Shown here one piece after another: positions 22,885 to 34,692 of a stretch of DNA of 64,000 nucleotides. The stretch comes from Vitrella brassicaformis CCMP3155 (Eukaryota > Protista > Chromerida). The stretch spans positions 1 to 64,000 of the forward strand of contig CDMY01000261.1 in NCBI GenBank assembly GCA_001179505.1, in the 5' to 3' direction. A program made the position numbers and the translations under genes. Each line of letters starts with the position of its first letter. The first letter of the stretch is position 1. The notes under the pieces were generated by a model that saw only the letters and a program-made list of their open reading frames with translations, ran no database searches and was not told where the DNA came from.

Positions 22885-24758
22885 ATGCCAGGCGGCGCTG
22901 CGTGTGCGGCTGTCATCGCCCTATGGTGGTGCGCCACGTGTTGGGCCGCAGATCTGACGCACGAGGGCCACAAAGGAGGACAGGTACGCATGGCAAGCGA
23001 CCACCGATGAGTGCCCACCGCCAGAAACCACTGCAAACATGGCTCTCTTGTTCTTCTGTGTTGCAGGAGTATCGAGTGGCGCTTCTAAGCCGCAGCCGCA
23101 GCAATGCCACGTACCACAGCCATCTGCACAGCCGCCATGCCCTCAAAGTCCACAGACACGGCGCCGTGCAGACCATCAGACTCTATGGCGCCCGTCCCTC
23201 CCCCATCCCACCCGGGCCGCCACACAGCCGACACGCGGGCCACAAATCGCACGCTTTGGGAAGCAAGATCACCCCTTCCGACACCACGCAGCACCGCAGA
23301 TGGCGCTTCATGAGGTTTCTGCCCTTCCAGACGCTGCAGCTGGGCTCCTCCCGCCACCGGAGGATCTCTCTGGTGGAGATCGGCCGGAAGCCCCACCACC
23401 ACAAGAGCAATATGATCCCTGCACCGCGTCGGTTCCCCAACATGAAATCTCCGCTGAATTGCGCGGCCTACAAGAACGAGGTCAAGTGGCCATCATCGAA
23501 GCTGCTGGTGATAGGTGTGGGGACGGGCCGGTGCGGCACTCAGGCGCTGGCGCAGCTGTTCCAGGCCAACGGCATGCTTGTGACCCATGAGGGGGATTTT
23601 GGTATGGGGCCGCTGTCGTGGGATGCCCATCCCACGGGCTGCGAGGGGGTCGTGAGGCGGCTGCAGAGGCTGCGTGACGAGACGGGTATGGTGACGCTGC
23701 CGCGGGTGAACCGGTCGTCTCTGCCGCCGTTTGTGGTCATGAATGGACCCACATCGGTGGTGGGCGATGTCTGGTCCGCTCACCTGCCGTATCTCGAAGC
23801 CTACTTCTCACTGATACCTGAAGGTATCCATATATCCACACACACACACTCTCATGTGTGTGCGTATGTATGTGTCCACCATGTAGGCCAGCTGAAGGTA
23901 GTAGCGTTGAAGCGTGACCGCGACACGGTCGTCGAGGCCCTTCTCCGCTCCACTCCCCGGTGGAATCCATGGCAGCCATACAAGTGCTGCCAGGCGCCAG
24001 ATGAGTCCAACACCGACTTCAAGGACCTCACCTTGGTGCGGGCGCTCCGCCGCCGTGGGGGCATCAACAGCTACCTCGAGACCAGCGAGATCCCAAAGCA
24101 CGGCGAGCCCCTCAATAGCAACATATGGCACACTTTCAAGAAGGGCGGGAGGGGGCGAGGCAAGGAGAGACAGGGAGGGAGAGAGAGGGGCGCTGCTGGA
24201 GGGGGTGATGTGGCGCCTGCTATGGCGACGGGTGATGATGATTTGCGGCGGTGGGTGGCGCTGCCGCATGGCTGTGAGTGCCTGACGCTCACGTACTATG
24301 ACCTGACATTCCCCCACTACCCGCCGTAAGCAGCTGCACCATGCGCGTGGGGGGGATGTGTCTGTGGGAGGGAGGCTGAGTGGATGTGTGTGTCAGTTCC
24401 GTCAACAAGACGGAGGCTGTGGGGCGTTATTATGACGACTACTACAACTGGCTCGAAGCCATCCGAAAGAGACACAGCGGGTAGGTAACCAACACACACA
24501 TCCACAGCCCCCTTGTGTGTGTGTGTGGATGGATGTGTGTGGATGGATGTGTCGATGTCCGTCAGATACCTCCACCTGTTCTCGTCTCCCGAGGTGTTTG
24601 CCGTGCCGGTGAAGCAGGCCGAGATATTCTCCTTTTTGGGCTTCACATGGACGGAGCGACAGTACGTCGACATCCACGACATAGACCGTCCCGCGTCCAA
24701 GCGCCGCGTCAAAGGCATCAAGCCCGTCATGGTCGCACACAATATATTGACCGACTGA
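22885..24758 (+). CDS. Secreted P-loop sulfotransferase-like protein, 5 exons
   Basis: Signal peptide MPGGAACAAVIALWWCATCWA; 5'-PSB-like motif LVIGVGTGRCGTQALAQLF..VTHE; KVVALKRDRD..; YDLTFPHY..KTEAVGRYYDDYY. Confidence 0.75.
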
Positions 24759-26152
24759 CCCGGCCGGCCGGCCGAGCGGCATGGCATGGAGCGGAGGGAG
24801 GAGAGACTACCTTAGATTGTAGATAGCAGTAGAGCTACAGCTGAAGGCATCAGCCGAAGATAACAGACAGAGAATTCGCCAATTTTGATTGAGGCTTTAA
24901 GCTGCTTGTAGGGGCGTGTAAGCGTGTGAAGGATGGATCTGTGAGAGTGTGTCGGTCGAGACCTGTGCAGTTGTGTGTGTGTGTGTCACGGACGCACGGA
25001 GGCATACACACATTGCTGACATATGAATGATATCATTCATGATTGCATGGGACAAGGATGGAGCGGAGCGGGTGAACGGTCTTGTCTCTCCACACACAGC
25101 ACAGTGCACACGCACACGCAGGGCCTGCACTGACACACATGATACATACGGTCACTGACTGTCACTCGTGGTGTCGGTGGGGTGAATGGATGCATTAATT
25201 ATAGTGTCAGTCAGCTGACCATGTCGATCGACTAACCAAAAGGCCTCTCTCTCCCCATCCTACCTACCCCCCAACCATCCATCCATCCACCGCACACACA
25301 AACAAGCGAGCCACACCCACAGCACCCACACAGGCGAGACGGACAGCAAAAAGACCATTAATGGTGTGCAGTGCACCCCACCCTTGTGTATACTCACTCT
25401 GTGTGGGTGGGTGGGTGGATGGATGGACGCATTGAATGCATTCTCTTTGCTCTCGCACGCACACACGCACACACGCACACGCATGCCGAGAGGGACAGAC
25501 CTGTCTGTCTTTGCTCCCTCTCTATGTCTGTGGTGTGTCGTGTGGTGTCGTGTTATGTTGTGCGTAGTAACGCTTATGTGTCGTACCAGGCTGGCTACAC
25601 TTACCCTGCCCTACGCCCCTAATTTAGAATACACCCCCTGGGACCACTCCACTCCACTCAGCCCCGGTATGTTGATTTGTTATAAACACCACACAGACAG
25701 ACAGACACCACACGGGCAGGCCCGCCCACACACCGCGCCAGCCGCACACACTATTCAGAAACACCACACCGCCCACATCACATTAGACAGCCCTGCGACG
25801 CATTGCGATCGGTATCCGGCTGCTGACGACCGGCCTACAACCGCCCCGCCCAACACACGATGCGATCCACAAACCCACTACGGCCACCAGGCAGCGCACC
25901 CCTCTCTCTGTATCTGCCTGAGTGGACAGACGCACCAGCGCCGAACGAAAGTCAAAGACCGACAGACAGACAGACCCCACACGCACACACAGGTCCAGGG
26001 GACAGAGAGACAGAGAGACAGAGAGGTGGGAGAGGCGCCCACACGTACACACACATTGCATGGACACGGGTAGGCATGAATGTGATGTGCATGCGGCCGA
26101 CATGTGAAAACGGGCAGAGACAGACAAGTCAGACAAGGCTGTACAGAGACAG

Positions 26153-26308
26153 ACAGACAGGCAGACAGGCAGACAGGCAGACAGGCAGACAGGCAGACAG
26201 GCAGACAGGCAGACAGGCAGACAGGCAGACAGGCAGACAGACAGACAGGCAGACAGGCAGACAGGCAGACAGGCAGACAGGCAGACAGGCAGACAGGCAG
26301 ACAGGCAG
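26153..26308. repeat. Octamer tandem repeat (AGACAGGC)n
   Basis: Directly visible array running up to an assembly gap. Confidence 0.95.
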
Positions 26309-26319
26309 AGACAGCAGCA

Positions 26320-26619
26320 NNNNNNNNNNNNNNNNNNNNNNNNNNNNNNNNNNNNNNNNNNNNNNNNNNNNNNNNNNNNNNNNNNNNNNNNNNNNNNNNN
26401 NNNNNNNNNNNNNNNNNNNNNNNNNNNNNNNNNNNNNNNNNNNNNNNNNNNNNNNNNNNNNNNNNNNNNNNNNNNNNNNNNNNNNNNNNNNNNNNNNNNN
26501 NNNNNNNNNNNNNNNNNNNNNNNNNNNNNNNNNNNNNNNNNNNNNNNNNNNNNNNNNNNNNNNNNNNNNNNNNNNNNNNNNNNNNNNNNNNNNNNNNNNN
26601 NNNNNNNNNNNNNNNNNNN
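26320..26619. other. Assembly gap (300 N)
   Basis: Run of N. Confidence 0.99.
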
Positions 26620-26940
26620 GGGAGGGTGGGAGGGAGGGAGGGCGGGAGGGTGGGGAAGAGATCATAAAGCGACGATAACATACGTAGTATGCAATCAATG
26701 TATGTATGTTATGTGTGCAAACCTCTGACCTCTGGCCGGAAGGAAGACACCTGACTGACTGACTGACAGCACCGACTTGGCATCTATCTGAGTCTGATCG
26801 ACTCACTCTCACTCTCACCCACACCCTCATGCCATGGCGGCAAGGTAACATACTCGTACGTGGCAAAACCGCAAGACGCCGCAACAACACAACAGAGGAC
26901 AACAAATCAAAACACAACACACCGCAGTGCACCGCACAAG

Positions 26941-27897
26941 CTATGGCCTGAGGGTGTAGAAGCGCTCCAGGTGGTCAATGTACTCCCTCTCAGCCAAATG
27001 GTCGCCGGCATAACCTAGCGCGCGCACACACAGACACCGACACAGACAAACACACACACACACACACACACATGGGTCCAGTCGGTGTCTGTCTGTGTCT
27101 TTTCCCACATTCCTCGCTCACCGATGTGCGACACGTGTCTGTCGGGCCTGACCATGACGAACGCGCCGGCGTTGCCCCATGCGGGCTGCAGGTTGAGCCG
27201 CAGCTTCTTGACCACCTCGCCCTCCAGGTCCCAACACACACAGAAATCGCTCGGATGCACTTCCAGCTGGCTCCTGACACACACACACAGAGAGAGAGAA
27301 AGAGAGAGAGAGAGAGACCGACTTCGTCCATCCATCCATCGATCCATCCATCCCTGTGTTTAGCGTGTGCAGACAGCCGTACATTCCGCCCAGGCGGTCC
27401 CTTATGTGTTTGCCGATTGAGTTGAGGCTGCCGCCGCCCATGGAGGAGGGGATGATGGCGGCCTTGCCGGCCGTCAGGATGACGGCCACACTGCAGCCGC
27501 CCCACGGACACCCGGATGCGATCCCGATCCGCCCAACGGACTCACACGCAACCTGCAACAGGTCCTCAAACGTATCCGATACTGCATGGCCACACACACC
27601 GTGACGCACACACAGGGAGAATCAAAGACAGAGAGACGGGGGGAGAATGTGTGGCGTCGCGTGGTGTGCGCGTGGTGGTTGTGCGTAGTTACTGGTGTCC
27701 TGGGTGACGTCATGGTTCCTGTTGGCGGTGCATTCGTCGGTGAGAAATGCGAACCAGCTCCTGGACGGTGCCGAGGGGCCCTCGTTGCCCAGCGACACAC
27801 GCAGCACCAGCAGCAGGGTGTGGTGCGGACCGCACAGCAGCTGCAGCCAGCCATACACACACATCGATCGACACGCCGATGGCCGAATGAGTGCGTG

Positions 27898-27932
<35 letters not shown>

Positions 27933-29180
27933 TGCCTTGTTCACCTTGTGCAGCCTGGTGAATTGTGTCCGTGGGCCCCTCCTGCCCTCTGGGATCTGCA
28001 GACACAACAAACACCACACGGTCAGTCAGTCGTAGAGATCAGATGCATGCTGTGTTTGTTTTGTTTGTGGGGTGGTGGTGTGCGTGGATGGGTAGGGTCC
28101 CTCCTTCCCTGACTGACTGACCAGTCCGAGTGATGTGTCGGGGCACCTATCGCCGGGCCTCACCGCCCCTGGAATGTGCCCACTGCCGATCATCTTGCTG
28201 CAGGCAGCACACACATTATACACACACACATATGATGGATGCGAGAGGGTGACCGACTGGGCGGTGTGGTGTTGGCTGATGTGTTTTGGTCTGTCTTTAT
28301 TGACTGACTGGTCGGTGGGGTATCTCAGTGTGGTCTGCGACATGGCCCCGCTGATGTGGCGGTTCACCGGACCGCTCCCCAGCACCAACGGCAGCACATT
28401 GCGCAGCGCCCATGTTACCCACCCCTCTGCACACACACAGACATAGATAGACACACCACTCAAGACTGCCCTCCCTCACGAGCATGGTTGTTTCCCTGAC
28501 GCACTTGCTTCGATGAGGTCCTTGTATCCGATGGAGGTGTAGTTGACGATGGACTCGGCGATGGGCCGCCGCTCGTGGTCGTAGCTGTCGAGGAGGGCGG
28601 GTGCGGCGTTGCCCTTGACGACCATGGCGAGCTTCCACGCCAGGTTATGGGCGTCGCTGATGCCGACGTTCATACCCTGGTGACCCAGGGGCGGGTGCAC
28701 ATGCGCCCTGCACACCACACGGACAGACGGACGGCCAGATGGATGGATGGGTGGATGGATGAGGGTGTGGGCTCTGCGCATATGAGTGTATGTCTTACGC
28801 GTCGCCGGCGATGAATGCGTTTCCGACTCTGAATGTGGAGGCGCATCGTGAGTTGATTGAGTAGACCGAACCCCAGTAGACACGCTGCAGCACGGTGCCC
28901 GGCACCACCTGACACACACACACACACATACATACACACATACACAGATATCAACGCGGGAGTGAGATGTGCACTGACTGTTCACTTATTCTTCCTTCCT
29001 ACCGCTGATACAATGTCTTGGAGTTCGGCGTGTGATGGTGGCTCCTGTGTGTGAGAAATCAATACAATGAAGGCAGGCAGGACAGCCGACAAGAGATCAC
29101 TCACTGCATGTGCGCACCTTGTAGTATCTGTTGTCCAGAACGATATCGGGATCAGTCACGGCTGAAAACATACGCAAACA

Positions 29181-29214
<34 letters not shown>

Positions 29215-31056
29215 TTGACGCCCGTCTGCATTAGATGTCTGTGTGTGTACTGTCCCCCCCTCCCTCCCTCCCTGGTACCCATTCTCCTGATAGCGATGAT
29301 TCGCCACCTGTCGTCGCTGAGGGCCAAACAGCTCAACATGTGACCGTTGGCGGTGATCGTGTTGAACCGATTCCTGCACGACCAACCATCACCCAACCAC
29401 AACACACACCATGTGAGCCACGGCCGCATATAGCTATGCAGTGGTGTGCCTTCCTTGCCTGTCGTTGGGGACCCCCCAGACCATCTTGGTCGTCGCCACG
29501 ATGAACTCATTGGGGAGGGTCGTGCCTGCGGACAGACACGGCACCACACGACCGACACACACATTGACCAACCAGCACTCAATGCCATCCATCCAGCCAG
29601 CCAGGTGACAGCACAGCCCACCCTCAAATCTGATGCCAAGGGTTTTCCTGACCAGCGACCGCGCCCCATCACAGCCCACGAGGTACCGTCCCCTCACCCG
29701 CCGCAGCCCACCGCCAGGCGGCCTGTGGTGGTGGTGACTGAGGCTGTGGTGGCCCGCTGACGAGTGCTCCCTGTGTGTGGTGGCGCCGTAGCGCCCCCCG
29801 TCGCCCTGCCGCTCGTCGGCGATGTTCATGAGAGTGGCGATGGACTCGCTGCTGCAGTGGGACCGCACGGACGGCGTCATCTCGCGCTCCCATGACGCAC
29901 TCAGGTTCAAAGGGTCACTCGGGGAGTCGTCGGCTGAGCGAGAATCTGCACACGTACACACACACAGGGTGGGTGGTGTGTGCCAGCCCCCGTGTGTGTG
30001 TGTGGCGCAGGTACCTCTGTCGGTGAATCTGGTGGTGCATTCGGATGAGAGTGTGGTTGCGGTGAGGGGTGTGGTCTTGGGGGTGAGGAACGGCTGGGGG
30101 AACCGGAGCGACGGCGTCACCACCGCGTTGGGCTGAACCAACACCTGACTCACACACACACACGCACAGACTCACACACGTAAGATGCCTGTCCGTCTGT
30201 CTGTTGGTGCGTCACACGTACCTCGACGCCCTCGTGGTGTGCATTTCCCACTTTGATGGCGAGCACCTCGACTGGCCGGCGGATGCGGTGGCCGTACCCC
30301 AGCTGCACAATCCTCTCGGTGAGTATCCTCTCGGTCTCCGTCTGCTCGAGCGCTATCGGCAAAGCGTAGTGGCTGTCGCACTTGTCGTACGTCCAGTCAA
30401 AGGCCACAGACCCTGCCAATCAATGGGCGTGGCGTGGTGGCCACCCGCCCACAGACAGACAGACAGACAGACAGACAGAGGGACAGACACAGCACCACGT
30501 CAATGAGTGTGTGTATGTCCTTCCTCGGACCACAACCATCCGTACCATCGACGAACACCCGCTCTCCTTTCATTTTGACCCCCTCCCGTAGCACCTCGTC
30601 AATCACACCCACGTCTGCACGCACACACAGACGTGTAGTTCATGCCAGCCGAGCCGAGCGAGTCTTCGCCTGTCTGCCTGCCTGCCTGCGACTGTCCTGT
30701 CTGTCTGTCTGTCTGTCTGTCTGCGACTGTCCTGTTTGTCAGTCAGCACGTGCCTTCGAAAATCTCGAGTGTCCTGGGCTGCACGCCCAGGGCCCTGCTG
30801 GTGTCCACGTGGCGGGGCATTCGGTCGAGCAACAGAAAGTCCACTCCACGCCTATATGCCAACACCATCAACACACAAGCCGAGTGAAATCAGCGGCGCC
30901 ACACACACGAGTCGGCATTGCAGTGCGCTGGCTGCCTTGTTTTCACCTTGCAAGATCCAGGGCGAGGCTGAGGCCGGTCGGCCCTGCTCCAAGGATGATG
31001 ACGTCCGTTTCATCTGGCAACTCCACGTGCGGCGGCGGCAGCCGCAGAGACAGCAT
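26941..31056 (-). CDS. FAD-dependent aromatic monooxygenase (FAD_binding_3, phenol/pentachlorophenol hydroxylase-like), many exons
   Basis: DVIILGAGPTGLSLALDLAR (GxGxxG); SRALGVQPRTLEIFE; RYLVGCDGARSLVRKTLGIRFEG (DG motif); [48 protein letters not shown] (GD motif); C-terminal VMVRPDRHV. Confidence 0.92.
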
Positions 31057-31160
31057 TAACGCTACCGGCCGACAGTTTCTCGGGATCTTTCGCAGATCAC
31101 GATGGCATCGTGCTCAGGTCGTCACCGCACAGCTCAATTCACCATCCGCTGCTTCTGATT

Positions 31161-31168
31161 TGCGAGCT
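31161..31168 (+). promoter_or_regulatory. TGCGAGCT motif in divergent promoter (31056/31248)
   Basis: Exact match. Confidence 0.5.
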
Positions 31169-31247
31169 CAGATCGCAGACGTTCTCGAATCTGGGAAGCG
31201 GGGGGCGGGTGTTGGGCCTCCACTGCGCTTGGCTCTGCCGGTAGGAG

Positions 31248-32556
31248 ATGTGCATGGTTACATATCTGTCAATCATGCCTGCATCTACATCTTGTGCACC
31301 AAGACCCGGGATCGTTGTTCGTCTTGTGCAGCTGCTGCACGCCTCCTTCTGCTTCTACACCGCTGCGGTGGGGGCATTCGGCGTCCTCGCAAGCAAGACC
31401 AGGATGCAGTCCACTCTCACGCCCGACGCCAGCAACCCCACGCCCGCAGGAGGACGGACGCCGCTAAAGGCCTTCTATGAGAAGGTGGGTGGGGACGATG
31501 GCAACACGAACACGCTGTGACTCTGTTGTGTCCATTTCCAGGGCGCCAGTGGGTGTGAGAAGCTTCGCGCGTTGGCTGCCGAGGGTGTGGCGGCCAAGTG
31601 GAAGGACATCGGCAGCACGCACGGCATTGAGCGGTGGGTGCGGCGGCTGGCGGGGGAGCCCCTGCAGACGAAAGGCCGTGTCTTCTTCCCCGCAAAAGAC
31701 GGACTCGGACCCGCGCAGATCCTCGACTACATCTGGTATGTCTGTCTGCACATACCATATCGAGCAGGCGTGTGCGCTGCTGGTATCTGTGTATCTGTGC
31801 CTGAGTGCGTGCTTGTGTCAGGGACGAGAGCACCAAGAAGGAGTATGATCCCGAGTACGAGCAAGGTAGGCCGGCGGGCAGCCAGATAGATGGGACACTT
31901 CAAGTGCCATGTGAGTGAGTGTGCGTACGTGTGTTGCAGGTTTCCGTGTCGCCGACTATCCCGAGGAGAACCAAACGGCAGTGAAGGTCCTGTATCAGGT
32001 ATAGACCAGACCACACACAAAGCAAACGATTCATGATTCCTTCCTCTGCTACCCGTCTCTCTCTCTCTCTCTCTCTGTCGCAGGCCTACAAGACGCCCGG
32101 CCTGGGCATCCCAGGGAGAGATTTCATCATCCTGACAGCGAGGCAGGACCGCCAGCAGGACGGAGGCCGCAGCCGCGCGACCATGTCTGTCCAGTCGGTC
32201 GACTGGAGCGAGGAGCTCACCAACACGTCCAAGCACCACTGGAGGGGCAAAGCCATGGTAGGTATGTGTGCACCGCACACACACATGGCGGTGGCATGTG
32301 GCACACGCACACAGCAAACAAAGAGTATGGTGTGTGTATACGGTCTGTGTGTACTGTGCGTGCGTGCGTGTGTGCGTGTGTGTGGTAGTTGTGTGGGTTT
32401 GACTGCGAGTCGCTTCCCGATGGCGGTGTGCAGGTGACGTACATCGAGCAGATCGACGCGTGCGGGTCGATCCCTGAGTGGCTGCAGCGGCAGGTCAAGA
32501 TCAGACACCTCGACATGCTCAACACCATCAAGACAAATGTCGTCAACAAGTACTGA
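31248..32556 (+). CDS. START (StAR-related lipid-transfer) domain protein; start codon uncertain
   Basis: Exons ..WKDIGSTHGIERW..QILDYIW DESTKKEYDPEY..VLYQ AYKTPGLGIPGRDFIIL..VTYIEQIDACGSIPEWL.. follow the START fold pattern (W..RDF..T..D.GG.IP.W). Confidence 0.78.
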
Positions 32557-32928
32557 CAAGCTGCATGTATAGATCTGGATGAGTGAGTTGCTGCCGATAG
32601 GAAAGAAAGCGTCTCTACTGCATCTGCGGGGGAGTGTCGTGTTGCCGCACAGGCCGCGTACGGCAGCAGCAACACTCCCCCGTCTGTGCGGCAGCGGGAC
32701 ACTCTCTTTCCCACGCCTCATTGCGTTGCTTTGACTAGCTTGGCTAGCGAGAGACGTGAGTAGTTTTGTGCAGTCGTTGGTTTGTGTATTGGTCTCTATG
32801 TGCTTCGTCTGATCGGGCGTGGAATGCGCGCTGCTACGGCGCTGGAAGTGGTTGCGAGAGGAAGCAGAAATACATATACACAAATTAAGAACTCGGTATC
32901 GCTCTACCTCGGATCTCCCCTCAGCTCG

Positions 32929-32936
32929 AGCTCGCA
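32929..32936 (-). promoter_or_regulatory. TGCGAGCT motif upstream of adenylate kinase
   Basis: AGCTCGCA ending 36 bp before the ATG. Confidence 0.5.
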
Positions 32937-32972
32937 ATAAAATTGGGTGGGGGAAAAAAGCGGGCGTCCACC

Positions 32973-34025
32973 ATGGCATCACCTCCCCAGATCATCATCA
33001 GCGGGGCCCCAGCGTCGGGGAAGGGAACACAGTGCGAGAAGCTGGTGGAGCGGTTCGCCGCGGCGTGGTGCATCTCTCCACGGGCGACCTGCTGAGGGCG
33101 GCCGTCAAGGAGGGCACCGAGGTGGGGCTCAAGGCCAAGGACTTCATGGACAAGGGGCAGCTCGTCCCCGACGAACTCATCATCGGTGAGCAAATGGGAT
33201 GTAGTGAAGTCGGGCGATGTGGGGGAGGGGCAAGCACGGGCCATTTCTCTCTTGCTGAGTGTGTCAGACCTGGTGAAGGAGTGCCTGACGACCGAAGAGT
33301 GCAAGCAGAAGGGATGGCTGCTCGACGGCTTCCCCCGCACTGCTGTAAGGCTCGGGTGGCTGTGGGGGGTCGCAACCGACTGTCTGTCTGTCTGTCTGTC
33401 CTGTTTTTTGGCGGGCAGGTGCAAGGTGAGAAGCTGCGGGAGTCTGGCATCATCCCCGACTGTGTGGTTGGCCTGGAGGTGCCCGATGAGGTCCTCATCA
33501 AGCGCGTCGTCGGACGAAGGCTCGACCCCGAGACAGGTCAGCCAGCAGCCACTGGAGCCTGAGACGTGCAAACAACACAACACACACGGCTCTGATGCAC
33601 TCAGGCAAGATCTATCACCTTGAGTTCAAACCTCCGCCTGACGATGCGGCGATCAAGGCCCGCCTGCAGCACAGAAGCGACGACACCGAAGAGAAATGCA
33701 CAGTCAGACTGGCGGTGAGTGAGTGTGAGTCAACACAGACAGGACGGCCAAAGGAGACACCAGTGTGTGTCCTGTATGTGTTGTGCAGGCATTCCACAGC
33801 CACAACAAGGCTGTCAAGGACGGGTTCGCCCAGTGCTTCACGTCGGTCGATGGCACCGGCAAACCTGATGAGGTCAGCAAGAGACACACAGACAGACAGG
33901 GAGATGGCTGGATGGCGAGAGTGCCCACATGATGAGCGCATGGCGTGTGTGTTGCTGTGGATTGGTTGCAGGTGTCCCAGCGCGTGTGTGAGTGCATCGA
34001 TGCGGCACTTAGCAAGAAGAAGTGA
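32973..34025 (+). CDS. ADK: Adenylate kinase, multi-exon, carrying a frameshift at ~33057-33061 in this assembly
   Basis: [20 protein letters not shown] (P-loop); [24 protein letters not shown]; [10 protein letters not shown]; [26 protein letters not shown].. are all canonical ADK motifs; P-loop and remainder are in different frames. Confidence 0.9.
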
Positions 34026-34692
34026 ACGACCGACAGCACAGCACAGCAGCAGAGGAGTGAAAGAGAGCGTCCAAACGGATGTCGCCTTGATGCCTGCCCT
34101 GCCTGATTCATCACCTCACACACCCACATGCAATCCAATGAAATGCAGAGAAGAAAGAGATAGATAAGAGGTGTGTGTAGGTGTGCTGCCTTTTTCGTCT
34201 TTCAGTCGTCTGTCTTTCGGTCTGTCTTGTCGTGATCGTGACTGCAGTCCTCTGCTATGCATAAGACCTCGTGTGCTGAGTGCTTTCGTCTTGTTTGGCA
34301 ATGCGGAGAGGGAGGGAGGGAGGGAGGGAGGAAGGCTGGATTGGCTGGCTGCATTGGCTGGGATGCGTGGGTGATGCCGACTGAGTGGGTGTGTTGCTTG
34401 ACGGGAGGGAGGGTGACAGAGAGACAAAAAATATTCAACAGTCACACACAGTTATCGATCCAAAACTGAATGGAATGAGCCGCGAGTCCATTTCCCGACG
34501 CACCCATTCACCCATTCCTTGTCAGGTCCACCGACCCGCACACCATGCAATGCAATGAGCCACAGGTAGCCAACTAGATAAACGCCCCCGCACTGCACCC
34601 ACCCACCCAGTCACAGACTAGCACAACACACAACACACACATGTCAGGCTATCTGTGTGCATCAATCACATCAGCACGGTTGTCGGTCTTCC

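Noticed and set aside
32819-32972. Upstream in-frame extension (MECALLRR..) as the real ADK N-terminus
   Set aside because: That frame lacks the P-loop, which is encoded in the frame starting at ATG 32973.
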